A DNA stretch of 64,000 nt. Source: an uncultured virus (IMG/VR IMGVR_UViG_3300035660_000549) (lineage: Duplodnaviria; Heunggongvirae; Uroviricota; Caudoviricetes). A program made the position numbers and the translations under genes. The DNA lies in IMG/VR virus record IMGVR_UViG_3300035660_000549. One strand, given 5' to 3'. This document shows positions 9,336-18,705 of the stretch, piece after piece; the stretch's first letter is position 1, and each line of letters opens with the position of its first letter. Below the pieces are notes generated by a model. It saw only the letters and a list, made by a program, of their open reading frames with translations, did no database searches and was not told where the DNA came from.

Positions 9336-12300
9336 CTATGCCCTGATCAATTCTCCATTCCAGTTCTGTAGATTGTTCTTCCTGGTCCATTCTTCTGCTT
9401 TCTTATAATCCCACTTCTCCTTATCAAACTGTACTAGAGCTACTCTAGCTCCATGTATCTTTCCTATCCTAGGATATAGACCAATATAAATAGTAACTCC
9501 AGAAGGAACATCCAAACCAGGAAGATATACCTTTGCTTTAGAAGGAGATTCTGTCCTGGTGAATTCTCTAATATCAAATAGGAACATGTTGAAGTAAGGC
9601 CATCCCTTCTTCTCTTCTATTAGGAAATCTTTGAAAGGACCAGAGTTTGGATCTCCACCAGATAATGGTCTTGCAATGTGTGATTTACTAAAGACCCATC
9701 CTCCATCTTCTCTCTTAGCAATGTAGAGACCTTTAAGTTCATTACCTTTAAGTTCATATGAGATGAAGTCTGGATTCTCTTCTATTACTAACATGTCTCC
9801 TTTGTCTATAGGTTCTACATAAGTCTGTAGAGGACCTACCATCTTCATTTCTCTATGGTCTATATGCATCCATGAAGGATCATCACAGGTCTTCTTAACT
9901 GCTCTAGCTGGTTCTGATCTTATATCACTATAAAGATTGAACTCCTCTATAATATTACTTCCTTCCTTCTGGTATCTAATATCATAATGGAACCTGTCTC
10001 CTATGATATGCTTCTGGTAAACAAACTTAGCATTCTCTCCTCCTAGAGACAGACCAGCTTTTTCAAATGTGAAAGTATCAGATCCTTTCTCTTCCTGTAT
10101 TAGACCCCAGTTTCCTTTAAGTATACCAGAAGGAAACTTAAGAGAATATCCTTCTACTTCTACATCCTTCATGTCTTCCATATCTACACTTCCCTTACTT
10201 AGTATCTTCATTTCTCCAACTAGAGATCTGTTAGGATTGAATCTACTGTTAGGTCTAGTCTTCCCTTCTAAGTCCATATATTTCCTAGATTCTCTTCCCT
10301 CATCGAACATAGCTACTTCTCCTTCCATTACTGGGAAGGAATCTGTACTGAATACTCTAACACTTCCAGTTCCCTTATCATCTAGGAATAGATACCATGT
10401 ATTCCTCCAGCTTCCTCTAACATGTACTGGTCCTTTGTATGAATGCTGTGAGAATGTATATTTGATATTAGATAGAGACTTAGATCCCATATACTCCTTC
10501 CATTTCTCATAGTCTTTAGGAAACTTCTCTCTAGCCCATTCCTCTGGGAAGGGTACTGGATTACTCTTAGGAGGTTTCCAGTTCTCTTGTCTAGCTCTTT
10601 TATCAATAGCATATGGACATTGGTTTACAGGTAACATAATTCTCCACATTTCCTCTTTATGTTTACCCTTCTCTTTAGTGGTAGGTTCTATCTTTTGCAC
10701 CTGGAGTAACCTAACTATTATCCTAGTCCAGTCTTTAAAGTATTTAGGATCTTTAAGGAAGTACTCATGGTAATAAGATTTTTGTGAACCCCATATAACT
10801 TTACCACTAGTCCATATCTTCATTTCTCCTCCAGCCTCTACTCCTCCTCCAACTGTTCCTGGTTTAAGTTCTCCATGTACATGAATCCACTCGAGGGGCT
10901 GTCTAGCCTTCTCTTCTGCTCTAAATCCCTGACCAGGATTCTTTATCAGAGTATCTGGAGTATGAGGATTCTCTCTATTAGCTCCTACAATAGACCATCC
11001 GACTAGGTATCCATCTACCTTCATTCTCCAGTCCATATGCTCAGAATCTCCTATGAAGTGGCCTTGCATTACAAAATCATGTTCTCCTTTAGGAGATTCC
11101 ATATACTTCTGCAGCATTATTATCCTAGGATAGTTTGGAAGGGAGACTATATCAATAAAGTCACTTAGAGAAGAAGAATACTTGTCTACTGGAGTTATCT
11201 TATAATAGTAATCTTTGATGTATCTACACTTATAATATTTAGCTAGAGGACACATAACTGGGAATCTTAGTATTTCTTCTTCTACTCTAACTTTAGATAG
11301 ATGAATTGGCCTAAGGAATCTCTTCTTTAGAGGACAGATATCTTCATCATTCCAGTATTTACATTTATCAAGAAGGATAGTAACTACTTCTTCCCTAGAT
11401 AGATCATCTTCTAATGCTTTAGTTGGAGGACCAGTTCCTATCTTTGCTAGTCTCTCTACTGTAGTTAAAGTGTCTGCTTCATGTTTCTCCTTCTTCTCTT
11501 CCTTGAAGAAAGGAAACATCCATGTATAGTATATTCCTCCCTTCTCTTCATATTGTCTAATCCTAATAGGCATTATAGTAACAATAGATCCAACTGATAC
11601 CTTCTGTGATGTACCATATGCTTTTCCTATGATCTGGTAGTGCTTTCCATTATATTCCTTAACTCTAGAAGGAGAAAACTTAGATACTTCATTCTCTGGA
11701 AGAAGATAACCACACACATAGATCCAGGTGGACAAAGCCTTACCTGCTACTGTCTTCTTCTGTATAGCATCCAGGACTATAACTTCTATCTCTTTAAGGT
11801 TCTTCAGTTTGGCCCATTCCCTGGTCCTATTCTCTCCACTATACTTTATTGGATATGGAGAAGTTGGATCTTTACATACAACTCCTTCAGAACCATTGAG
11901 ACTCCTATATTTCTGAACCAGTCTAAAGAAGTCCTTCATATTAGAAGCAATCTCTCCTCTAACAGGGTCTATAAACTGGAGGTTGCTAGGAATAACATTT
12001 AGTATTTGTTTGTATCTTTCACTATATCCTTTAGAAGTAATATTTGGATCTGAAGGTAAGTACATTATATCATAGATAACGTAGACTAGAAGCTTCCTAA
12101 AATCATCTGAAGGAGTTCCTACTGTTATTACGGCAGTGTCTTCTCTAGGCATGAGATCTCCAAGTTCTCTTTTCCTCCTAGCAGACCCTTTGACTTCCTT
12201 ACCCTGGAAGTCATATGCTAGGAACTCTCCATCCAGGATTAGATCTTTCTCTTTAAGTTTCTTAATCTCATCTACTATCTCTGGGAATTCTTTAGCCCTA

Positions 12301-14177
12301 TCCCTCTGGGTATCTTCTGTTATAAGTTTTACATTGTCTCCTTCTTTATGGCATTGTATTCTTCTTCCGTCTACCTTCTCCTGTACAACTATTCCTTTAT
12401 CTATGAAACTAGAAGCCCATTTGGTCCATAGTTCTTGAGGATCCCAGAATTCATTCTTTCCAAACCCACTCATTGGTTTCAGGCCAATTATATATCTTCC
12501 TACTTTGACTTCTTCTAGACTGTAAGGGTTGAATCCTCTCTTCATAAATTCTTTAGGAAGAGGATTCAAACTATAGCCATGTATTGGAACTGAGTACCCT
12601 ATTCCAGCTGCTCCCTTATCAAAGAAAGGATGAAGTCTTTTAGCTAGCCATGTAGGTTTGATCTTTATCAAAGCTTCTATTAGTCTAGGATCTGGATCCT
12701 GTCTAATAGCAAGATCAATATCATGTCCTTTAGGTATCTTCCCTTCGTTTACTATCCTTCCAGTTAGATAAGAAGCAAAAGGATATCCTTTAACTATTAT
12801 ATTTCCTACTTCCTGGAAGCCTTGTAAAGCCTCTTCTAGAGTAATTTCTCCCTTCTCTATTTCCATCTCTAAAGGATTACTAGGAATGCCATACTCTTGC
12901 CAGGTCATCCTAGATTCAGAATCTAGCTTGTCTTTATCTTTATAATCAGTATCTATAATTCCTCTCTTCCATCTCTCTGTCTGTATAAAAACATTAGCAT
13001 TTAGAAATCCTTCTGTTACTCTATCTGGTCCTTCCTGGTCCAACCATTTCTTGTGTAACCAGACCCAGAGTTCTTCTAGGTCTTTGTCTGATAGATTATT
13101 GACAAATGGTACATCAATATCTTCTACATTAAAGTTATGAGGTAGGTCTACTAGTTCCTTAGGATGCCATCCTCTCTTCTTCATTTCTTCTACAATATCT
13201 TCAGCTAGCTTCTTAATTACCTTAAGCTGTTCTTCTAGAGTCATACCTTTGAATTGCCTACTTTCAAAAGGCTTCCTAGTTGATTCTAGTGTCTTCAGCC
13301 ATGCTATGGTAATCCTGTGGTCATCTAAGAGAACCTTATCAGGAATCTTAGAAGGATCATAAGTCTTCCAGGATTTTATTAATTCAAATGGTCTATCACA
13401 AGGCCTTAGACCAAAATGATCTAAGTTTCTATCTAGCATCTCTTCCACTATATCTGAGTGGAGTCTACACCAGGGGTCTGCATACTCTAGATTATGTACA
13501 TGTGATAGAGTATGGAAGTACTCTAGTTCCTCATTAGACATTTCTCTAGGGTTCTCAAATTTAAGATTAGAAGAGGAAACAAACACTTGTACACCCTGTG
13601 GTACTTTAACTGGTTGAGGTTTATCTAGTTTAGTAAATGTAAACTCATATCCATATAGAGGAAACTCCCACTTCCAGTCCTTGACCTCTTCATTAGATAT
13701 CTTGTGTTTACTTCTAAGACTATCAAACTCTTCTTTGGTCTTGATCTCATATGGTTCTTTAAGTACTATAGTTCCATAGCATAGAGAATCAGATAGGAGA
13801 TATAGATCTTCATTTAGATGTGCTTCGAACTTCTTGTGCTTCACTATCAATGTCTTGGATCCATCATATATTAGTTTACCATGAGGTTCAGTTAGATATA
13901 GACCAGTCTGAGGACCAGCAAACACTCTAGGAGTGATAGCTTCTACATCCTGGTTATCAATAGAATATTCTAGATTAGAAGAAGGTTTGGTCTCATCCCA
14001 ACCCTTCTTATTGATAGTAGCAAAGAAGACAGACCATCCTTTCTCATGCATACAGAACTTAGATCCATCCTTCATATCTCTACATACATTCTCTCCAGTC
14101 TGGTAATCCTTCTGTTCCTTTAGTGAATCTAGAAAATGCTTCCATGAGTTATCAATTGGCATATGATCATCACCCAA
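9336..14177 (-). CDS. Giant multidomain protein: ASCH/PUA-like + minimal nucleotidyltransferase + ATP-dependent DNA ligase + LigD-type 3'-phosphoesterase-like domains
   Basis: Ligase motifs QEKVDG, ILDGE, VIYDI, EGVVCK, WAKLK; MNT 'YLTGR...HDIDLAI'; ASCH-like 'GLYLTEPHGKLIYDGSKTLIVK'; PE-like 'FVMQGH..HMDWRM' and 'FVYQKH..HYDIRY'. Confidence 0.8.
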   Translation of the reverse strand: MGDDHMPIDNSWKHFLDSLKEQKDYQTGENVCRDMKDGSKFCMHEKGWSVFFATINKKGWDETKPSSNLEYSIDNQDVEAITPRVFAGPQTGLYLTEPHGKLIYDGSKTLIVKHKKFEAHLNEDLYLLSDSLCYGTIVLKEPYEIKTKEEFDSLRSKHKISNEEVKDWKWEFPLYGYEFTFTKLDKPQPVKVPQGVQVFVSSSNLKFENPREMSNEELEYFHTLSHVHNLEYADPWCRLHSDIVEEMLDRNLDHFGLRPCDRPFELIKSWKTYDPSKIPDKVLLDDHRITIAWLKTLESTRKPFESRQFKGMTLEEQLKVIKKLAEDIVEEMKKRGWHPKELVDLPHNFNVEDIDVPFVNNLSDKDLEELWVWLHKKWLDQEGPDRVTEGFLNANVFIQTERWKRGIIDTDYKDKDKLDSESRMTWQEYGIPSNPLEMEIEKGEITLEEALQGFQEVGNIIVKGYPFASYLTGRIVNEGKIPKGHDIDLAIRQDPDPRLIEALIKIKPTWLAKRLHPFFDKGAAGIGYSVPIHGYSLNPLPKEFMKRGFNPYSLEEVKVGRYIIGLKPMSGFGKNEFWDPQELWTKWASSFIDKGIVVQEKVDGRRIQCHKEGDNVKLITEDTQRDRAKEFPEIVDEIKKLKEKDLILDGEFLAYDFQGKEVKGSARRKRELGDLMPREDTAVITVGTPSDDFRKLLVYVIYDIMYLPSDPNITSKGYSERYKQILNVIPSNLQFIDPVRGEIASNMKDFFRLVQKYRSLNGSEGVVCKDPTSPYPIKYSGENRTREWAKLKNLKEIEVIVLDAIQKKTVAGKALSTWIYVCGYLLPENEVSKFSPSRVKEYNGKHYQIIGKAYGTSQKVSVGSIVTIMPIRIRQYEEKGGIYYTWMFPFFKEEKKEKHEADTLTTVERLAKIGTGPPTKALEDDLSREEVVTILLDKCKYWNDEDICPLKKRFLRPIHLSKVRVEEEILRFPVMCPLAKYYKCRYIKDYYYKITPVDKYSSSLSDFIDIVSLPNYPRIIMLQKYMESPKGEHDFVMQGHFIGDSEHMDWRMKVDGYLVGWSIVGANRENPHTPDTLIKNPGQGFRAEEKARQPLEWIHVHGELKPGTVGGGVEAGGEMKIWTSGKVIWGSQKSYYHEYFLKDPKYFKDWTRIIVRLLQVQKIEPTTKEKGKHKEEMWRIMLPVNQCPYAIDKRARQENWKPPKSNPVPFPEEWAREKFPKDYEKWKEYMGSKSLSNIKYTFSQHSYKGPVHVRGSWRNTWYLFLDDKGTGSVRVFSTDSFPVMEGEVAMFDEGRESRKYMDLEGKTRPNSRFNPNRSLVGEMKILSKGSVDMEDMKDVEVEGYSLKFPSGILKGNWGLIQEEKGSDTFTFEKAGLSLGGENAKFVYQKHIIGDRFHYDIRYQKEGSNIIEEFNLYSDIRSEPARAVKKTCDDPSWMHIDHREMKMVGPLQTYVEPIDKGDMLVIEENPDFISYELKGNELKGLYIAKREDGGWVFSKSHIARPLSGGDPNSGPFKDFLIEEKKGWPYFNMFLFDIREFTRTESPSKAKVYLPGLDVPSGVTIYIGLYPRIGKIHGARVALVQFDKEKWDYKKAEEWTRKNNLQNWNGELIRA

Positions 14178-14499
14178 GTTCTCCTATTACTATAAAGATA
14201 TCTCCAACCCAGGTAATCCTCTGTACTCCTTCAAACACTTCTATTTCTGTAGAATATGTACCTTCAGCTGGGAATGTTGCTAGACACCTACAGAACCCTA
14301 GTGTATTAGCTGGAGAAGAAAGAGTACTCATTATTACACTAATAGTATTAATAGTCTCTCCATATTCTCTCATCCTGAAGACAATACTATTAGCAGTACT
14401 TAGATCATAATAGCTGATAGAACCACTAGTAAGATCTTTCTCCTTCAAGTATACAGAAATGTATTGTATATCATTAGTAGTAACAGTATGTTCATTCAA
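14170..14499 (-). CDS. BppU-N-like virion structural protein
   Basis: 109 aa, 'YDLSTANSIVFRM...G...GTYSTEIEV' pattern typical of BppU N-terminal domains. Confidence 0.5.
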   Translation of the reverse strand: MNEHTVTTNDIQYISVYLKEKDLTSGSISYYDLSTANSIVFRMREYGETINTISVIMSTLSSPANTLGFCRCLATFPAEGTYSTEIEVFEGVQRITWVGDIFIVIGELG

Positions 14500-14533
14500 C
14501 TTAGACCACCTATGGAATATTATATCAATGAGT

Positions 14534-17500
14534 TTATATAGTTTTTCTTTTCTTAACTATTTTCTCTTTTATACTTCTAGCCTTCTCTCTGATTAAAGAT
14601 CCTATATTTCTGGGTCTTATTAAAGATCCTATATTTTTGGATCTGATTAAAGATCCTATATTTTTGGGTCTGATTAGATTTAGTTTAGTATTTATAATAG
14701 TTAATGCTAGGACTATTTCTAGATATATAACCCCTCCAATAGAATGGAGAAAACTAAAGACCTTTTGTATAATTCCAATCATAGAATATACAGATCTAAA
14801 TATTTTAGATATTGAAACTTTAAGGTTATACTTTAAAGAAATATATTTAGTAAGTTCAGTTAATTGATTATAGATACCTGTTAATATTGAAGAGATAAAA
14901 GATTTAATCCCATAAGAAGTCCTAAGAATAGCATAAATAAATCCTTGTAAATTATATTTTAATATGCTAAGTTTCTGAACTAGAGTTCTCCCTAGATAGA
15001 CTACATTGATCTTTTTCATAACTGAAGAAAGTAAATTATATATTCCTCTAGTATATCTTAGAACAATAGATCTAGTCGAATATATTGAAGATATCAGTTT
15101 GTAAATAAATCCTGTTATAGAATACTTAAAAACTAGATATCTTTCTCCTAGTATTCTTGAAGTGTATATATTTCTAAAGCTTCTGAATATTGCTAGAACT
15201 ATATTGTAGACTCCTGAAATACTCTTTGAGACTATAGATCTAATAGAATATTTAGAAGAAAGGGTCTTAAAAGCTATAAGACCTAGATTGTAAACTGAAG
15301 TAAATATCCTAGAAGCTATTCCTATAATAGAATGTAATATATACATACTTCTAGAGATTAATGTTCTAATTAAGTACTTCAGACTTACAGTTTTGAATAA
15401 TCTGGTTAATAATGAATGAAGCATATTTATAATCCTAGCGATTTGTACTCTTAAGTTCCACTTGATAGAGAATGATCTAATGGCTTGACTTAGGTTCTTC
15501 CAAACTAGACTCAATCCTTTGCTAATTAGATTTCTAATATTAAATAGGCTGGTTATTCTATTTGTAATTGTACTTCTTAGATTATAGATAAGAGACATTA
15601 ATCTAGTTGTAAGACCAGATAGGTTATGTTGGATTAGGAATAATCTATTTACTATTCCGATTGTAATTATATTATATAAAGATCTAAATAGATTAGTTAT
15701 AATATTCCTAATAGAATATAGACTAGTAAGCAATCTTGAAGAAAGAATTTTAATATTATAGAGGCTCTTCAATGTTTGATTAAGATTAACTCTTATTCTA
15801 TACAATGAAGAAGAAGTTTGTATTATTAAGTTCTTCAAACTATAGAGAGAAGAAACTATCTTAGAAATAAATATCTTAAGATTATATAATGACCTGAAAG
15901 CTTTACTAATATTTTCCCTAAGACTGTATAATGGAGTTAAAGGTCTACTAACTCTTTCCAGTAAAGAATGAATTCCTTTAATGACCCTAGAAACTAGATC
16001 TACAATATAGAATTTATCTAAGTTGGAAGTGAAATCAGAAACAATACTTTTACCTAGCCTATGAACTACGCCTAATATTCTATAAACAGATACTGCAGCA
16101 TAATTAAATATTGAAGATATACTTTTGGAGATAGTTTGTAATCCTGCTGAAAGAGAGTATAAATTAATGAAGAACCTTTCAATTTTAGTTTTAACAGAAG
16201 AAATAGAGGATAATATTTTAAAAGAAATACTTCGTATATTAGATAGTAAAGATAATATTTTAGAAACTAAATTCTTTAAATTATAAGATAAGCTAGAAAT
16301 TCTAAAAGTTAAACCTTTTAAGAGAAACAGAGATGATATCTTACTATAAACTAAACTTTGTAGTTTAAAGATTGACGATAATATGTTCGAAACTATTCCA
16401 GATAATTTAAACTTAAGTATTAAGAGAGAATTAATAATTGTAAGAGCAACTATCTGATATAGAATACTAGATGTTTTAGCAATCCCTAGGAGAATATTAT
16501 ATTTTGAAATAATAGATCTGAAAGTTGAAAAAAGAATATTAAACTTGTTAGTCATGTACATTGATGTACTTGAGAATAACTTGCTTACTGATGAAACTGT
16601 ATTGTATACATATACTATTAATGGAAGATTATCATAGTAAACGTTGTAGGCTGAGCCTGTGTAATGCGTCCAAATCAGTTCTATCTTGTTGCCTGCACCG
16701 TCAACTTTACAGCTGGGATAGTTTTCGTTCGCCGTTGTGGTGAATTGGGTTTCGCTGCCCCATGAACCACCTGAACGCTTAAGATAGTAAATATTACTAC
16801 TATAAGTAAGGAATAAATAATAATCACCGTTCGCTTGGTTAATCGCCATGGAACCGAAATCACGTAAAACACCGATGGAAAGACCAGTTACGGAAATGTC
16901 AGTCTGCGTATCCGAACTGTCAATGGTATAAATATCTATGTATGTGACGCCAATACTTGAGGGAATTATACCAAACACGATTTTTCCATTTAGACTATCA
17001 TAATCTGTAAATGGGTATCCATTGTCAGTTTTAATTGTACTTGGTGTGCCCCATGACCAATTTGGAGAAGACCATGTTGCTTTAACTTTCATAAAATCCT
17101 CGCCCGCCGCAGGCGAGTCATGGAAACAATACATATCATATTGTCCTGTTCCAGAATTTGTTCTCTCAACAATTGTTGGAATACGAATAATAAATTGTGT
17201 CGTCCAATCGGCGCTTATCGTGTTTACGCTGCTTGCGGTTCCAGCAGCATTCTTGTAAGTCGGCGGACTGCCAAAGACTACACGGCAAAACTTGACGACG
17301 CTGTGTTTTGCACCCGCTGATTTTTCATCTGCCCAGACAGCGGCAACTTCGCCGTTATGCAACATCCATAACGAAGGATTATGAGTATTCACATAAGCAG
17401 GTGCAATAGACAAAACGCTTCCAGCAGTGTATCCAGTAATGTTGTTACTTGCATCTCTCGTAAATGTTATCTGCGCCACTTTAAGGTTTAAACTTCCAAC

Positions 17501-18412
17501 CCAACCAACCATAAGCCTATCATTAGTGCTGTCATAGGCAGCAGCCACACCAAAAGCTTCGCCCTCATCAACAGCATAAGTTGCACCTAGGTCATTATCA
17601 ACCCATCCTGAAGTTGGAGGGTCATTATTGCAGTAGCCAAGCCGAACATTAGCATTCTTGTATACAGCGATATATTTGCCATAAGCATCTCTGAAAAGCT
17701 TACGACTGTTTCCAAGAGCAGTAGCATACTGACCTACTGCTGTGCTGACTGTAGTCGGGTCAACAGTATAAAGTGTTCCAGCTTTAAGGTTTCCAAGTTC
17801 AACATAGTAGTTGTATTTGAAGTTGGTTAGGTCAAACTGTTCGGACTGAGTTAAACTTGCTGAAACATCACTATAATCAAAATCCAATACCATTCCAATA
17901 TAAGATGGTAGAACAAAATGAACTTTCTTAGCGTTAGGTTTCGAGTAGTTAATGTATGTGTTTGTGTTACCGTCTTGAAGCCCACTAACCTCAAACCACA
18001 ATTTGTAAGAAGCAGTTTTGGTTGGAGTGTAACTTAACGAGAATTTCAAAGCTCCATCATTTGGCAAGGAATACTTAATCGTGAAAGTTGAACCATCACT
18101 GAGAACTCCTTGTCTTATTACATAGCAACCGTTCACATCTTCACTTACTGTCATGTTCATGCTTGAAGGATTAACTTCTACCCATGATGCTCCAACTTTT
18201 TGTGTTAAATGCCAAATCCAGTTCAAGAAATTGTAAGACGAAAGATAATCAATAGCATTCACCCCATCCCAAATAATATCGATAGATATTAATGCGTTGT
18301 AAAGCCTGAAACCATTTACGTTGGAAGGATAAACCTGCACATTGAGAAGTACACCATTAATTATAGGAATAGAATAACTTTTTCCTGGACATGTACTAAG
18401 TGTAATTGGCAT
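14534..18412 (-). CDS. Large fibre/adhesin-like virion protein: N-terminal beta-rich (propeller-like) head plus C-terminal 15-aa basic repeats
   Basis: 1292 aa. First ~600 aa are W/Y/G/T-rich beta strands; the rest repeats with 15-aa period (e.g. SLYNLKIFISKIVS / SLYSLKNLIIQTSS). Confidence 0.6.
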   Translation of the reverse strand: MPITLSTCPGKSYSIPIINGVLLNVQVYPSNVNGFRLYNALISIDIIWDGVNAIDYLSSYNFLNWIWHLTQKVGASWVEVNPSSMNMTVSEDVNGCYVIRQGVLSDGSTFTIKYSLPNDGALKFSLSYTPTKTASYKLWFEVSGLQDGNTNTYINYSKPNAKKVHFVLPSYIGMVLDFDYSDVSASLTQSEQFDLTNFKYNYYVELGNLKAGTLYTVDPTTVSTAVGQYATALGNSRKLFRDAYGKYIAVYKNANVRLGYCNNDPPTSGWVDNDLGATYAVDEGEAFGVAAAYDSTNDRLMVGWVGSLNLKVAQITFTRDASNNITGYTAGSVLSIAPAYVNTHNPSLWMLHNGEVAAVWADEKSAGAKHSVVKFCRVVFGSPPTYKNAAGTASSVNTISADWTTQFIIRIPTIVERTNSGTGQYDMYCFHDSPAAGEDFMKVKATWSSPNWSWGTPSTIKTDNGYPFTDYDSLNGKIVFGIIPSSIGVTYIDIYTIDSSDTQTDISVTGLSIGVLRDFGSMAINQANGDYYLFLTYSSNIYYLKRSGGSWGSETQFTTTANENYPSCKVDGAGNKIELIWTHYTGSAYNVYYDNLPLIVYVYNTVSSVSKLFSSTSMYMTNKFNILFSTFRSIISKYNILLGIAKTSSILYQIVALTIINSLLILKFKLSGIVSNILSSIFKLQSLVYSKISSLFLLKGLTFRISSLSYNLKNLVSKILSLLSNIRSISFKILSSISSVKTKIERFFINLYSLSAGLQTISKSISSIFNYAAVSVYRILGVVHRLGKSIVSDFTSNLDKFYIVDLVSRVIKGIHSLLERVSRPLTPLYSLRENISKAFRSLYNLKIFISKIVSSLYSLKNLIIQTSSSLYRIRVNLNQTLKSLYNIKILSSRLLTSLYSIRNIITNLFRSLYNIITIGIVNRLFLIQHNLSGLTTRLMSLIYNLRSTITNRITSLFNIRNLISKGLSLVWKNLSQAIRSFSIKWNLRVQIARIINMLHSLLTRLFKTVSLKYLIRTLISRSMYILHSIIGIASRIFTSVYNLGLIAFKTLSSKYSIRSIVSKSISGVYNIVLAIFRSFRNIYTSRILGERYLVFKYSITGFIYKLISSIYSTRSIVLRYTRGIYNLLSSVMKKINVVYLGRTLVQKLSILKYNLQGFIYAILRTSYGIKSFISSILTGIYNQLTELTKYISLKYNLKVSISKIFRSVYSMIGIIQKVFSFLHSIGGVIYLEIVLALTIINTKLNLIRPKNIGSLIRSKNIGSLIRPRNIGSLIREKARSIKEKIVKKRKTI
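14588..14676. repeat. 27-bp tandem repeat, 3 copies (encodes LIRPKNIGS)
   Basis: gattaaagatcctatatttctgggtct / tattaaagatcctatatttttggatct / gattaaagatcctatatttttgggtct. Confidence 0.9.
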
Positions 18413-18705
18413 TACTTGATCACCTCAACCCATCTGAACCCATATTTTAAAGTTTGCCAATGACTAGTTGGAAAATCAGCACACATCGTAGGTTTTGGAT
18501 TAACAGTACAAATAGCCATTATTGATCCATTTATTCCTGTCTCTATAAACTCTTCACCTGCTTTGAGATCTCTATTCACTTTCCATCTTAGGAACTTACA
18601 ATAAAGATCACAACATCTACCACAACGATTACATTCTCCGATCCTTTTATATTTTTTATGAGGATCAAATTTATCCATACTTCGTGACCTCCGCTTTAAT
18701 ATCAT
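18412..18705 (-). CDS. Small CxxCxxCC (YkgJ-like) metal-binding protein
   Basis: CNRCGRCC...C...KPTMCADFP. Confidence 0.65.
   Translation of the reverse strand: MILKRRSRSMDKFDPHKKYKRIGECNRCGRCCDLYCKFLRWKVNRDLKAGEEFIETGINGSIMAICTVNPKPTMCADFPTSHWQTLKYGFRWVEVIK

Noticed and set aside
14588..14676. Possible mini-CRISPR array
   Set aside because: Repeats are contiguous with no spacers, in frame within a CDS, and no cas genes are present.
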